Shown here in pieces: positions 17,792 to 28,879 of a DNA stretch of 64,000 bases. Location of the stretch: the NCBI GenBank assembly GCA_030448025.1, contig JAUJNQ010000001.1, forward strand, positions 608,432-672,431, written 5' to 3'. Numbering within the stretch: the first letter of the stretch is position 1; every line of letters starts with the position of its first letter. A program made the position numbers and the translations under genes. The notes under the pieces are model-generated. The model ran no database searches. It had not been told where the DNA came from and was given only the letters and a program-made list of their open reading frames with translations. This stretch comes from Acidimicrobiales bacterium (GTDB taxonomy: Bacteria > Actinomycetota > Acidimicrobiia > Acidimicrobiales > GCA-2861595).

Positions 17792-20039
17792 GCGCGCCGC
17801 CTGCCTGGAACCACTCGATGTGCCCCGGCGACATCGTGTGGGTGCACTCGAAGTCGACGCTCGAGCCACCGATCTTGACGATGCGGCCGCGAACTGGAGC
17901 ATCGGGCGCAAGCTCGGCCAGACCGAGCAGGGAGACGCGGTCGCCCTCCTGGATCTGGTCGTAGGTGTCGGGATCGGCGAAGGTGAGCGGCAGCACGCCC
18001 TGCTTCTTCAGGTTGGTCTCGTGGATTCGGGCGAAGGAGCGCACCAGGATGGCCTTGGCGCCCATGAAGCGCGGCTCCATGGCCGCGTGCTCGCGCGACG
18101 AGCCCTCGCCGTAGTTCTCGTCGCCCACCACCACCCATGACATCTGCGCCTCGCGGTAGTGCCTGGCCACGTCGGGCAGGGGCTCGACGGTGGCGTGCAC
18201 GAGGCAGTGGGCGGTTCCCACCTCGCCGGTGAAGGCGTTGAAGGCGCCGAGGAAGAGGTTCTGCGAGATGTTCTCCAGATGGCCCCGGTACTTGAGCCAC
18301 GGCCCCGCCGCCGAGATATGGTCGGTGGTGCACTTGCCCTTGGCCTTCAACAGGACGGGGAGGTCGAGGAAGTCCTCGCCGTCCCAGGCCGGGAACGCCT
18401 CGAGCAGCTGCAGTCGCTCGCTGTCCGGCCGGACCACGATCTCGACCGTGGACCCCTCCTCGGGCGGAGCTAGGAACCCAGCCTCCCCCGGCTCGAACCC
18501 CCGCGCCGGCAGCTCCTCGCCCGACGGTGGCTCCAGACCGACGCTGTTTCCTGCTCCGTTGCCGTTCACCGGGTCGGTGAGCGGGTTGAAGTCGAGGGTC
18601 CCGGCCAGGGCATAGGCAACCACGGTCTCGGGGGAGCCGATGAACGAGAGGGTGGCGGCGTTGCCGTCGTTGCGCTTCGGGAAGTTCCGGTTGTACGAGC
18701 TGAGGATGGAGTTGACCTGTCCCGGCGCCACGTCATCGCGCTTCCACTGGCCGATGCACGGGCCACAGGCGTTGGCCAGCACCGTCGCGCCGATCCCCTC
18801 GAGGTCGGCGAGCAGGCCGTCGCGCTCGATGGTGGCCCGCACCCGCTCGGATCCGGGGGTGACGAGAAGCGGCACCTTGGAGCGCAGGCCGAGGGCCGCG
18901 GCCTGGCGGGCCACCGCGGCGGCGCGGGTGATGTCCTCGTAGGAGGAGTTGGTGCACGATCCCACCAGGCAGCTCGTGAGCTCCGCCGGCCAACCATTGG
19001 CCCGAGCGTCGTCACCCATCTGGGACGTGGGTCGGGCCAGGTCCGGGGTGTGCGGGCCGACGATGTGTGGCTCGAGAGAGTCGAGGTCGAGCTCGATCAC
19101 CTGGTCGAAGTAGCGCTCCGGGTGCTGTTCGACTTCGGGGTCGGCCCGCAGGTGTTCGCTGACCGCGGATGCCAGATCGGCGTAGTCCGCTCGATCGGTG
19201 GCGGCCAGGTAGCGGGCCGCGGCGTCGTCGTAGGGGAACAGTGAGGTCGTGGCGCCGACCTCGGCGCCCATGTTGCACACCGTGGCCTTGCCGGTGGCGC
19301 TGATGGTGGTTGTGCCGGGGCCGAAGTACTCGACGATGGCGCCGGTCCCTCCCCTCACCGTGAGGAGCCCCGCCACCTTCAAGATGATGTCCTTGGGCGC
19401 GGCCCAGCCCGACAGCGACCCGGTGAGCCGGATGCCGATGAGCTTGGGCCAACGCAGCCCGAAGGTGTCGCCCACCATTACGTCCACGGCGTCGGCGCCA
19501 CCGACGCCCACCGCCACCATGGCCATCCCACCGGCGTTGGGCGTGTGCGAGTCGGTGCCGATCAGCATCCCGCCCGGGAAGGCGTACTGCTCCAGCACGA
19601 CCTGGTGGATGATGCCCGAGCCCGGCTGCCAGAACCCGATGCCGTACTTGGCCGCCACCGAGCGGAGGAAGTCGTACACCTCCTTGTTGGACGACTCGGC
19701 CGCAGCCAGGTCCGACCTGGCATCCACGTGGGCCTGGATGAGGTGATCGCAGTGCACGGTGGTGGGCACGGCCACCCGGGCCAGTCCGGCGGTCATGAAC
19801 TGCAGCAGCGCCATCTGCGCCGTGGCGTCCTGCATGGCCACTCGGTCGGGCCTCAGCTCGGTGTAGGACCGTCCCCGTTCCGTCCCCGCCGTCTCGGGGT
19901 CGGCAACGTGGTTGAAGAGGATCTTCTCGGACAGAGTGAGAGGGCGCCCGAGACGGCGACGGGCGATCCTCATCCGCTCGGGGAGCCGGGAGTACACCTC
20001 GTCCAGCAGCGTGGTCGGAGTGGTTGCGGTGTCGACCAT
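17763..20039 (-). CDS. acn: aconitate hydratase, mitochondrial-type (~758 aa)
   Basis: Met66 of track ORF 17763-20234 (MVDTATT). Motifs [38 protein letters not shown]. Cluster cysteines in SCTNSS and CGPCIGQW. Confidence 0.9.
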   Translation of the reverse strand: MVDTATTPTTLLDEVYSRLPERMRIARRRLGRPLTLSEKILFNHVADPETAGTERGRSYTELRPDRVAMQDATAQMALLQFMTAGLARVAVPTTVHCDHLIQAHVDARSDLAAAESSNKEVYDFLRSVAAKYGIGFWQPGSGIIHQVVLEQYAFPGGMLIGTDSHTPNAGGMAMVAVGVGGADAVDVMVGDTFGLRWPKLIGIRLTGSLSGWAAPKDIILKVAGLLTVRGGTGAIVEYFGPGTTTISATGKATVCNMGAEVGATTSLFPYDDAAARYLAATDRADYADLASAVSEHLRADPEVEQHPERYFDQVIELDLDSLEPHIVGPHTPDLARPTSQMGDDARANGWPAELTSCLVGSCTNSSYEDITRAAAVARQAAALGLRSKVPLLVTPGSERVRATIERDGLLADLEGIGATVLANACGPCIGQWKRDDVAPGQVNSILSSYNRNFPKRNDGNAATLSFIGSPETVVAYALAGTLDFNPLTDPVNGNGAGNSVGLEPPSGEELPARGFEPGEAGFLAPPEEGSTVEIVVRPDSERLQLLEAFPAWDGEDFLDLPVLLKAKGKCTTDHISAAGPWLKYRGHLENISQNLFLGAFNAFTGEVGTAHCLVHATVEPLPDVARHYREAQMSWVVVGDENYGEGSSREHAAMEPRFMGAKAILVRSFARIHETNLKKQGVLPLTFADPDTYDQIQEGDRVSLLGLAELAPDAPVRGRIVKIGGSSVDFECTHTMSPGHIEWFQAGGALSLIRARQV

Positions 20040-20055
20040 GGCGCTTTCTGACTTG

Positions 20056-23000
20056 CTAGGTGGAGGCGCCGACTCGGCCGGCGCTGTGGGCCTCGATCCG
20101 CTGCACCCGTCCGATCGGGGCCACGCGCCAGAGGTGCTCGAGCGCGACTGACCAGTCATCGAGGATGGCCTTGGCGGTCGCCGAGCCGGTGAGCTCGAGG
20201 TGGCGCTCCACCAGCCAGCGGAGCTGTTCCACATGCTCGGCGGCGGGGAGCTGGGCGTCCACGAGGGCAGTGTTGAGCCGGGTGGTGAGCAGGGCGTGAG
20301 GGTCGTAGATGTAAGCCTCGCCGCCCGTCATGCCGGCGCCCACGTTGTAGCCCACCGGGCCCAGCACGACCACGCTGCCACCGGTCATGTACTCGCACAG
20401 GTGGTCCCCGGCGCCCTCCACCACGGCCACGGCACCGGAGTTGCGAACGCCGAAGCGCTCGCCCACGCTGCCGCCGACGAACAGGTCGCCGCCGGTCGCT
20501 CCGTACAGGCAGGTGTTGCCGGCGAGCACGGGGTCACCGGCGTCGTCGGCGGGGGGCGGATGACGATGCGCCCGCCGGCCATGCCCTTGCCCACGTAGTC
20601 GTTGGCCTCCCCCACCAGGTGGAGCTCGATGCCGTGGGTGAGGAAGCCTCCGAAGCTCTGACCGGCCGATCCTTCGAGGTGGACGACGGCCGTGCCCCGA
20701 GGCGCTCCCTCGCCCCACTCGAGGGCGATGGCACCCCCCAGGGCGGCGCCGACCGCCCGGTCGCGGTTGGTGATGGGGTAGCGCAGCTCGAGGTCGTCGC
20801 CGTCCCACACGGCGTGGAAGGCGTCGGCCTCGATGCGGTCGCCGAGGCGGGAACGGGTCCGCTGGAGGGGGACCTTGGCCACGAACCGGCGAGGCGCCTC
20901 GGAGTCCTCCGGGGGGTGATGATGGGAGTGAGGTCCACCGAATCGACCCGGGGATCGCCGGTCCGGCGCTGGCGGAGGCACTCAACCCGGCCGACGGCCT
21001 CGTCCATCGACCGCATGCCGAGCGATGCCAGCAGCCGGCGGGCCTCACCGGCCACGAACAGGAGGTAGGCGGCGACGCCCTCGGGCGTCCCGGTGAACTT
21101 GGCCCGCAGGTTGGGCCGCTGGGTGGCGATGCCGGTGGAGCAGGTGTCGCGGTGGCAGGCCCGGAGCATGATGCAGCCCTCGGCGATCATGGCCGCAGTG
21201 CCGAAGGAGTACTCGTCGGCGCCGAGCAGCGCGGCCATCACCACGTCGCGGCCGGTCATGAGGTTGCCGTCGATGCGCAGGCGGGCCCGGTCACGCAGCC
21301 CGTTCTCGATCAGCGCGCCCTGGGCGTCGGCCAGCCCCAGCTCCCACGGCATGCCCGCGTGATGGAGGAAAGCGGCGACGCGCCCGTTCCCCCGTTGGCG
21401 CCCGAGATCTGCACGATCTCGGCGAGGGCCTTCACCACGCCCGCCGCCACCGTGCCCACGCCCTCCTCGGCCACGAGCTTCACCGAGACCTCGGCGTAGC
21501 GGTTCACCTGCTTCAGGTCGAAGATGAGCTGGGCCAGATCCTCGATGGAGTAGATGTCGTGGTGCGGTGGGGGAGATGAGAGTGACGTTGGGCTGGGTGT
21601 GACGCAGGAGGGCGATCTCGTCACTGACCTTGTGGCCCGGGAGCTGGCCGCCCTCGCCGGGCTTGGAGCCCTGGGCGACCTTGATCTGCAGCTCGTCGGC
21701 ATAGGCGCAGTACTGGGGGGTGACGCCGAAACGCCCAGAGGCGATCTGCTTGATGCGGCTGTTCTTGTCGCCCTTGGGGAGGCCTCTGGTGTGGAAGCGG
21801 TACTCGGCTTCCCCGCCCTCGCCGCAGTTGGACTTGCCGCCGATGAGGTTCATGGCCTCGGCCAAGGTCTCGTGGGCCTCGGCCGACAGCGAGCCGTGTG
21901 ACATGGCGCCGGTGGAGAAGCGCCTGGTGATCTCGGTGACCGGCTCGACCTCGTCCACCGGGATGGGGTCCTTCTGCGGGACCAGCTCGAGCAAGTCCCG
22001 CAACTCGGTGGGGGCTCGGTCGTTGACCAAGGAGGCGAACTGCTCGTACAGGTCCTCGTTGTCGGCTCGGAGAGCCCGCTGGAGGAGATGGGCGGCGTTC
22101 ATGTTGTTGAGGGCGTCCACCACCTCCTTGTTGTGGGCGTGGTACTCGCCGCCGCGCTTGAGGCTCCGGTAGTAGCCGGGGTTGGGCAGGCGCCCGGCTT
22201 CCTCTGCCGGCGGCCACCCGGCCTCGGCGTGGCGCGCCAGCACGTCCTCTCCGAGGGCGTCCCACCCGATGCCCCCGACGGTGGACGTCGTGCCCGTGAA
22301 GCACACGTCGACCACCTCGTGACCGAGACCGACGACCTCGAAGATCTGTGCTCCCCGGTAGGAGTCGACGGTGGAGATCCCCATCTTGGAGAGGATCTTC
22401 AAAACGCCGTCCTCCACCGCCGCGTGGTAGCGCTCCTGGGCCTCGGTGCTCAACATGTCCGAGTCCTCCGACGCGCCGGCGTCGGCCGCCACCGTGAGAA
22501 GGGCCAGGCGGGGGCAGATGGCGTCGGCGCCGTACCCCAGCAGGCAGGCCATGTGATGGACGTCGCGGGCGTCGTCGGCCACCACCACCAGGCTGGTGTT
22601 CGAGCGCAGACCCCTGGCGATCAGGCGCTGGTGGACGGCGCCGGCGGCCAGCAACGACGGTACCGGGGCGCGGTCGGAGGACACGTCTCCGTCGTCCACC
22701 ACGAGGACTCCCGCACCCTGGGTGACGAGGGACTCGGCCTCGTCGCACAGGCGCATGACCGCTGCACGCAGGCCACCGGGCCCGTCGGTCACGGCGAAGT
22801 CAGCGTGGAGCCGGGCGGGGGAGAACTCGGCGCGCGCTCGCTGGCGAGCTTGTCGACGGCGGAGGGGTAGACGAAGAAGGAGTCGAGCTCGATCTGATGG
22901 GCGGCCTCCGGACCGTCGGTCAGCAGGGGCCGACGGGGGCCGATCAGGGTCCGCAGGCTCATCACCAGCCGCTCCCGCAGATGGTCGATGGCGGGGTTGG

Positions 23001-24441
23001 TGACCTGTGCGAAGCGCTGCTTCAAGTAGTGGTGCAGCGGGCGGGGACGCCCGGCCCAGTTCGGCAGGGGGTGTCGTCGCCCATGGAGAAGGTGGGCTCC
23101 TTGGCCTCGCTGGCCATGGGCTTGATCACCATGCGCAGCTCCTCCACGGTGTACCCGTGGGTGATCTGTCGCCGCTCGAGCGACGCAGCTCCGTTGGTCT
23201 CCTGGATCGGCCGGCCGAGGTTCATGCGCCACAAACCGTCTGCGGCCCAGATGCCGTAGGGCGCCAGTGCGCCCAGCTGCTGCTTGCACTCGTCGTCGAG
23301 CATCACGCCCCGTTCAGGGTCGACGAAGAGCATCTGGCCGGGGCCGAGGCGACCCCGCCGCACGCGGCCGTGACCGCCGACGTCGACGGCGCCGGCCTCC
23401 GAGCAGCAGGCCACCAGGCCGTCTTCGCATATGGCGTAGCGGAGGGGCCGCAGGCCGTTGCGATCGAGAGACGCCCCCACGCCCCGGCCGTCGGTGAAGA
23501 CGAGGCCGGCCGGACCGTCCCACGGCTCCACCAGGCAGGCGTGGTAGCGGTAGAAGCCCCGCACCGCCGGCTCCAGGTCCCGGGCGCCCTCCCACGCCTC
23601 GGGCACGAGCATGGCCACGGCGTGGCGGATGTCCCGCCCGCCCTGGACGAGCAGCTCCACGGCGGAGTCGATCTGGCCCGAATCCGAGTCCTCGGCGTCC
23701 AGCACCGGCCGGAACATCTCTTCGGGCCCGAGGCCCACCTCGACGGTGCCGAGCCTGCCCGCGCCTTCATGCGGTTGAGGTTGCCGCCGATGGCGTTGAT
23801 CTCGCCGTTGTGGCAGAGGGTCCTGAAGGGCTGGGCTCGCTCCCACGTGGGGGCGGTGTTGGTGGAGAAGCGTTGGTGGAAGACGGCGAAGTTCCCCTCG
23901 AAGCGCTCGTCGGCCAGGTCCAGGTAGTAACGGGACAGCAGGTCGGCTGCCACCAGGCCCTTGTAGAGCACCGTGCGGAACGAGCAGCTGACCACGTAGG
24001 TGCCGGCGGCGGTGGTCGTCACCCGGCGGCGCAGTCGATAGGCCGCTCGCTCCGGGTCGCCCTCTCCTTCCACGCCAGGATGGCCTGGACGATTCCCGGG
24101 CGACTCCGGCGGGCCACCTCTCCGATCTGGTCCTCGTCTGTGGGTGGGGTCCGCCAGTCGAGGACCTCGATGCCCTCCGCCGTGGCGGCGGCTTCCAATG
24201 CGGCCCGAGGGTCATCACCCCGGACGAAGAGCACGGCGACGCCGTGGCCCTCGCCGAAGAGGGCGGACGGTATGGGGGTGAGCAGCCCCGAGCCGTCAGC
24301 CGTCTTGGCATCGGCGGCCAGGGCGCCCCGGTGGATGACGCACGCCAGGCCCTTCAGGGCCGTGGCCACGACGGCGCGGGAGGACCGTCCCTGGGCGTCG
24401 GCGACGAAGCCGATCCCGCATGCATCACGTTCAGGCCGCAC
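20056..24441 (-). pseudogene. gltB: glutamate synthase large subunit with at least 8 frame changes (pseudogene or assembly indels)
   Basis: Colinear GltB segments lie in alternating frames: CGIGFVA (Ntn Cys), [91 protein letters not shown], and C-terminal GxGxG-type repeats. Junctions are near 24050, 23760, 23070, 22835, 21575, 21362, 20925 and 20555. Confidence 0.85.
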
Positions 24442-24617
24442 TGAGGGGGAGAGACCTTTCAGGAAAATGGCTCGGTTGCCGTTTCAGCAGCCAGGGACCT
24501 CATCGCTGAGAGGAGGCGCCATTGCCCACGCCCCGTGCTGTGGGCGGGGAGTGTACATCGGCCCTTGGCCCACGCCGCCGTCAAAGTTGTCACAACCCCT
24601 TCGCTGTACTTGATGCC

Positions 24618-25198
24618 ATGTCGTCGGCCGGTTCGACCAATCTGGGGTCATCTGGTTCCGGAAAGCGGAACCAGGCAGCCGGAGAACCGCCGGACGCCGC
24701 CCTTGACCGTCTGGCAGCGCGCCAGCACGGGCTCTTCAGCCATGTCCAAGCCCAGGAGACGGGTCTGCACAGGAGCCTGTGCACCGCCGCGTGGTCTCAG
24801 CACGGATCGAACGTCTCCAGCCAGGCGTCTATCGAGTGCCGAGCTATCCGTCGTCGTTCCCGCAACGGGTCATGGCGGCCGTTCTCGGTGCTGGCCCTGG
24901 TGCCGCCGCTTCCCACCGGAGCGCAGCGGCGCTGCTCGGCCTCGATGGGGTGGACGAGGGGACGGTGGAGATCTGCGTACCGCCTGACCGGCGCTACCTC
25001 GCTTCGATATCGGCGTGCGTCGAAGGCATACCGTGCACGACGACCGGACATGCGTCGACCTGGCTCGCTTCGATATCACGTGCGTCGAAGGCATACCGTG
25101 CACGACGCCCACCCGGACATGCGACGGTCCTGCGCTTCACCTGGCACGACGTGATCAAAAAGGGTTCGGCGGTAGCTGCCACGCTCAGGAACGGCTAG
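24618..25198 (+). pseudogene. degraded AbiEi-N/DUF559-type gene remnant
   Basis: LDRLAARQHGLFSHVQAQETGL, then (other frame) RRVVSARIERLQPGVYRV..MAAVLGAGPGAAASHRSAAALLGL..VEICVP, GIPCTT, and the terminal VLRFTWHDV. The middle of the family is missing. There is one frame change and an internal 66-bp tandem duplication (24998-25063, 25064-~25128). Confidence 0.5.
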
Positions 25199-26090
25199 TG
25201 CGGGGCCAGCGGCGGGGGCCGCCGGTGCGCCGCTTTCCCTCGCCGAGGGCCCAGGTCCGCCGCCAGCGCGGTGCGGCCGGGCCGACCAGGGTGGGGGTGG
25301 TGCCCGCCGAGGCGCGCCGGCGGGCCTGCCAGAACCCGACGGCCTCCTCGTCGGCCAGAACGGCGATGGCCCGCTCGACCCGTGCGGCGAAGGTCCGGGT
25401 GTCCTCGCCGTCGTCCGGGTGAAGGGGTTGGCCGAAGCTGACGCGGGTGGAGGAGGGACGAATGCCCTTGGCCCCCTTCTTCTGGATGCGCCGGGTTCCG
25501 TCCAGGTGCACCGGCACGACGGGCGCACCGGTGCGCTGAGCCAGGTACGCGGCGCCGGCTCTGTGTGACCGGCCCCAACCGTCGGGGCTGCGACCCCCCT
25601 CGGGGAAGATGACCAGGTTCCAGCCGTCTTTGATCAGCTCGGAGCCGAGCCGGGTGGACTGCGGGCTCACCCGGACCCGCTCGATCGGGATGGCGCCGAT
25701 GCCGAAGGCGGACAGCGCCGCCTTCCATTCCTTGTCGAAGAACGTGTCGGCGGCGGCGGCGATCGCGGTGCGGTGGCGGATGCGTTCGGGAAGGGCCGTG
25801 AGCAAGAGCGGAGTGTCGATGTGGCTGGCGTGGTTGGCGGCGAAGATGGCCGGGCCCGTCATGGCCTCGAGGCGGTCGAGGCCCTCCATGGTGGGCGAGG
25901 CGACGGCGTGCACCAGCGGCCGGGTGACACCGTCGAGCACGGCGGCGCGCACCAGCCGGACGGGATAGCGCCGTGCCCAGCTGGTGTCGTAGTTCACACC
26001 GGTGCGCCCCTCGGCCCGTGGCCGCGGGACTCCTCTGGGCCACGTGGGCGCGCCGTAGGGAAAGCGAGCCGGCAGCCTCGGAACCCTCAC
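25185..26090 (-). CDS. lysophospholipid (1-acylglycerol-3-phosphate-type) acyltransferase, PlsC family
   Basis: NHASHID (HX4D) and FPEGGRS motifs. The GTG at 26090 overlaps the upstream TGA (GTGA). An alternative GTG at 25997 is possible. Confidence 0.8.
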   Translation of the reverse strand: MRVPRLPARFPYGAPTWPRGVPRPRAEGRTGVNYDTSWARRYPVRLVRAAVLDGVTRPLVHAVASPTMEGLDRLEAMTGPAIFAANHASHIDTPLLLTALPERIRHRTAIAAAADTFFDKEWKAALSAFGIGAIPIERVRVSPQSTRLGSELIKDGWNLVIFPEGGRSPDGWGRSHRAGAAYLAQRTGAPVVPVHLDGTRRIQKKGAKGIRPSSTRVSFGQPLHPDDGEDTRTFAARVERAIAVLADEEAVGFWQARRRASAGTTPTLVGPAAPRWRRTWALGEGKRRTGGPRRWPRTSRS

Positions 26091-27685
26091 TTGACGTCGG
26101 CGATGAGCAGCGGGGGCGTGTGCATGTGGGTGATCGACGGGTCGCGCCCCACCACGTCCTCGGCCATCTCCAGTGCGTCCCTCATGGTGGAGGCGGGCTT
26201 GAATCCCATGCGCCGCACCGCCTTGGGATCGCCTCCCACCAGGATCACCCCGCCCAGGTGCTGGAGGGCGTGGGCGCACCAGTACCACATGTAGAAGGGG
26301 TGCACGCCGTGATAGGCGTAGCTGGTCCGGTACAGGTGGACGTACCACGGGTCGGTGGCGAAGCCCTCCTCGAACTTGGACTCGATCTCGAGGGGGTCGG
26401 TGGTCTCGGCCAGCACCTGCTCGAAGAAGTCGATGTAGCTCGGGTGGTGGACGGGATGGAAGGCCCACGGCGTGGGATGGCGCATGATCACCACGCCGCC
26501 TTCCCGCACCAGAGGCTTGCCCCGGTAGAGGTTGAAGAAGTACCCGAGCCCCAGGCAGGCCACGAGGATGGGGTTCATGATCGAGTTCACGTTGTAGGGA
26601 CAGATGTACGGCAGGCCCATGGTGAGGATGTCGCTCTGCCCTTGTACCTCCACGAGCTGCTGGCGGTAGACGTTCCGGGTGGTCACCTCGTGCACGGCCT
26701 CAACCTCGCCGGCCTGGACGCTCTGCATCTGGTGAGGTGAGCGGATCGACTGGAAGATCGACCGGGCCAGTCGTGCCGGCGTGCGGTCGAGCGACTTGCT
26801 GACACCGAGGAAGGTGGCACGGTCCCGCGCCGTCCACTCCCACTCGCGCCGCTGGAGGAAGGCGAACTGCTCGGGGAAGGTGTTCGAGTTGAGGGTGGTC
26901 TCGATCTGGAAGATCTTGATCCCGCAGGCGGCGATGTGGCGACCCATGCGCCAGTTGCTGGAGTGCAGCTCGGATCGGTGCTGGTCCATGAACGACCGGC
27001 TGTGCTGCATCGTGCGCACGTTGTGGTGGTGGCGCAGCGAGCGGTACGACGCCAGTCCCGTGGCCACGCTCTTGTGGCCGCCGTCCATGGCCACCAGGTT
27101 GATGTTCACGTACACGATCAGGTCGCTGGTGGCGGCCCGCTTGCTGATCTCGACGTCTTCGCCGGCGTCGGTGGTGCCCAGGTGGAGCATGGACTCGGGA
27201 TCCTCGGCGTCGAGCTGGGTGAGGAGCCCCTGGGGGGCGAAGGCGTCATAGACCCGGTCGCCCAGGGCGTGGCGCAGCTCCTGCTCGGTCATGCGCCGGT
27301 GCAGGGCCAGAGCGGCGATGAGCACCACGTCGTCCACGCCCGCCTCGGCCGCCATGTCGAGAACCGCCTCTATGACGCGCTGGCGGACGTCGGGGCGCCG
27401 CATGGGTGGGAGGGGCAGGGAGATGTCGTCGAAGCAGATCGTGAGCCTCATCCCCGCCCGCAGCAACGACGGCAGCGGCTGGCTGTCACCGAGCGGGTTG
27501 AGCAGCGCGTGGCGGATGGCGGCGTCGGGGTGCTCTAGGGCGGGGAGGGCCTCCGGTGGGTACACCACCCGCGAGCCGGCCGGCAGGCGCTCCAGGTGGT
27601 ACTGCTCGCCGTGCCAGAACAGCGTGGGCGGCGTGGAGCGGTCCACGTCCAACACGAATCCGGGACGAGCAGAGCGTGCAGGCAT
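26087..27685 (-). CDS. LarA-like (lactate racemase N-terminal/DUF2088) domain protein
   Basis: The conserved part of track ORF 26087-28234 starts MPARSARPGFVLDV. I chose the ATG at 27685 because GGAGGA lies 7 nt upstream and it overlaps the upstream TGA (TGATG). Contains the MDGGHKSVATG motif. An alternative ATG lies at 27700. Confidence 0.75.
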   Translation of the reverse strand: MPARSARPGFVLDVDRSTPPTLFWHGEQYHLERLPAGSRVVYPPEALPALEHPDAAIRHALLNPLGDSQPLPSLLRAGMRLTICFDDISLPLPPMRRPDVRQRVIEAVLDMAAEAGVDDVVLIAALALHRRMTEQELRHALGDRVYDAFAPQGLLTQLDAEDPESMLHLGTTDAGEDVEISKRAATSDLIVYVNINLVAMDGGHKSVATGLASYRSLRHHHNVRTMQHSRSFMDQHRSELHSSNWRMGRHIAACGIKIFQIETTLNSNTFPEQFAFLQRREWEWTARDRATFLGVSKSLDRTPARLARSIFQSIRSPHQMQSVQAGEVEAVHEVTTRNVYRQQLVEVQGQSDILTMGLPYICPYNVNSIMNPILVACLGLGYFFNLYRGKPLVREGGVVIMRHPTPWAFHPVHHPSYIDFFEQVLAETTDPLEIESKFEEGFATDPWYVHLYRTSYAYHGVHPFYMWYWCAHALQHLGGVILVGGDPKAVRRMGFKPASTMRDALEMAEDVVGRDPSITHMHTPPLLIADVK

Positions 27686-28854
27686 CAGCCCATCCTCCAT
27701 GGTGCAGCGCTCGTTCCCTTGCGCAGGTCGAAGGCGATCTTGACCGCACCTCGCCGTCCGGCGTGGGCGGCGTGATCGATGGCCTCCCGGTAGCGGTCGA
27801 GCGGGTACAGGGCGGACACCAGCCGGCCGAGGGCGGCGGCGTGGACCACCTCGAAGGCGGTCGGGAACGTCTGGTGACGGTAGGCGTAGGAGCCGGCCAG
27901 CCGCACCTCTCGCTGCCAGAGCGGGGCCAGGTCCACCAGCACCGGGCCGGGCATTCCCACCAGCACGACGGTGCCGCGTGGACGCACGATGGAAAGGGCC
28001 TCGGCCAGTGATGTCTGGTTGCCTACGCAGTCCACCACCACGTCGGCACCACCGGTGAGCTGGCGGCCCGCGGCCAGCGACGCCGTGTGGCGTCGCACCG
28101 CCCGGTGGACCTGGTCCGGCTCCACCACGATGTCGGCCCCGAGGTCGGTGGCCAGCCGGCGCTGGTCGGGGTGCTTGGCGCCCGCGATCACGACGCCCGG
28201 CAGTGCCAGGCGCCTGAGGGCGGCGATGGTGCACAGCCCCAGCGTGCCGGCGCCGAGCACCACCACCGTTGCACCTTCGCCGACCTCGGTGGACTGCACC
28301 GCGTGCACGGCGCAGGCCATCGGCTCGACCATGACGGCATCCTCGTCGGCCATGTCGGCAGGGACGGCGTGGAGCTGGCTTTCATGGGCCACCAGGGCCT
28401 CTGACCAGCCCCCGCCGGTGTCGGCGCAGTACCCGGTCTGGAGGCCGGGCTCGAGGTGGCCGAAGGCGATGCGCTCGCAGTTGCCGTTGGTGCTCGCGGC
28501 GCAGGAGGCGCACGGCGGGTCGATGCCCCGGGCGGCACAGGCCAGCACCGGCTCGAGCACCACGCGGCTGCCGTCGTCCAGCTCACCCACCACCTCGTGG
28601 CCGGGGACGAACGGGAAGCTGACGATGGGCTCGAAGTAGCGGCTGCTGCGGCCGTCGACCGTGGCCAGGTCGGACCCGCAGATGCCGGCCAGGCGGGGCC
28701 GGACCCGCTGCCACCCCGGTCCGGGAAGGGGCGGTTCTTCGAGTTGCGCCAGCCGCAGGGGGCCGACCCGTGAGCCCCCGCCGGGGGCCACGGTGGAGGC
28801 CACCCGGGCGGCGGCGAAGCGTGGGAGTGAACGCTCGAAAAGCAGGCCCTTCAA
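27685..28854 (-). CDS. zinc-dependent medium-chain alcohol/polyol dehydrogenase
   Basis: 389 aa. Motifs GICGSDL, PGHEVVGEL, and VLGAGTLGL (GxGxxG). Confidence 0.85.
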   Translation of the reverse strand: MKGLLFERSLPRFAAARVASTVAPGGGSRVGPLRLAQLEEPPLPGPGWQRVRPRLAGICGSDLATVDGRSSRYFEPIVSFPFVPGHEVVGELDDGSRVVLEPVLACAARGIDPPCASCAASTNGNCERIAFGHLEPGLQTGYCADTGGGWSEALVAHESQLHAVPADMADEDAVMVEPMACAVHAVQSTEVGEGATVVVLGAGTLGLCTIAALRRLALPGVVIAGAKHPDQRRLATDLGADIVVEPDQVHRAVRRHTASLAAGRQLTGGADVVVDCVGNQTSLAEALSIVRPRGTVVLVGMPGPVLVDLAPLWQREVRLAGSYAYRHQTFPTAFEVVHAAALGRLVSALYPLDRYREAIDHAAHAGRRGAVKIAFDLRKGTSAAPWRMG

Positions 28855-28879
28855 GACCGGCCTTTCACCGATGGAGCAG

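Noticed and set aside
16600-17964. 454-aa Arg-rich ORF and the 16434-17075 ORF tail as separate genes
   Set aside because: They are off-frame readings of the Lys-codon-rich (AAG) repeat gene: AAG GCC read out of frame gives Arg/Pro/Gly strings. Only short stretches of the 16434 frame look genuine, and these are treated as part of the frame-broken repeat protein.
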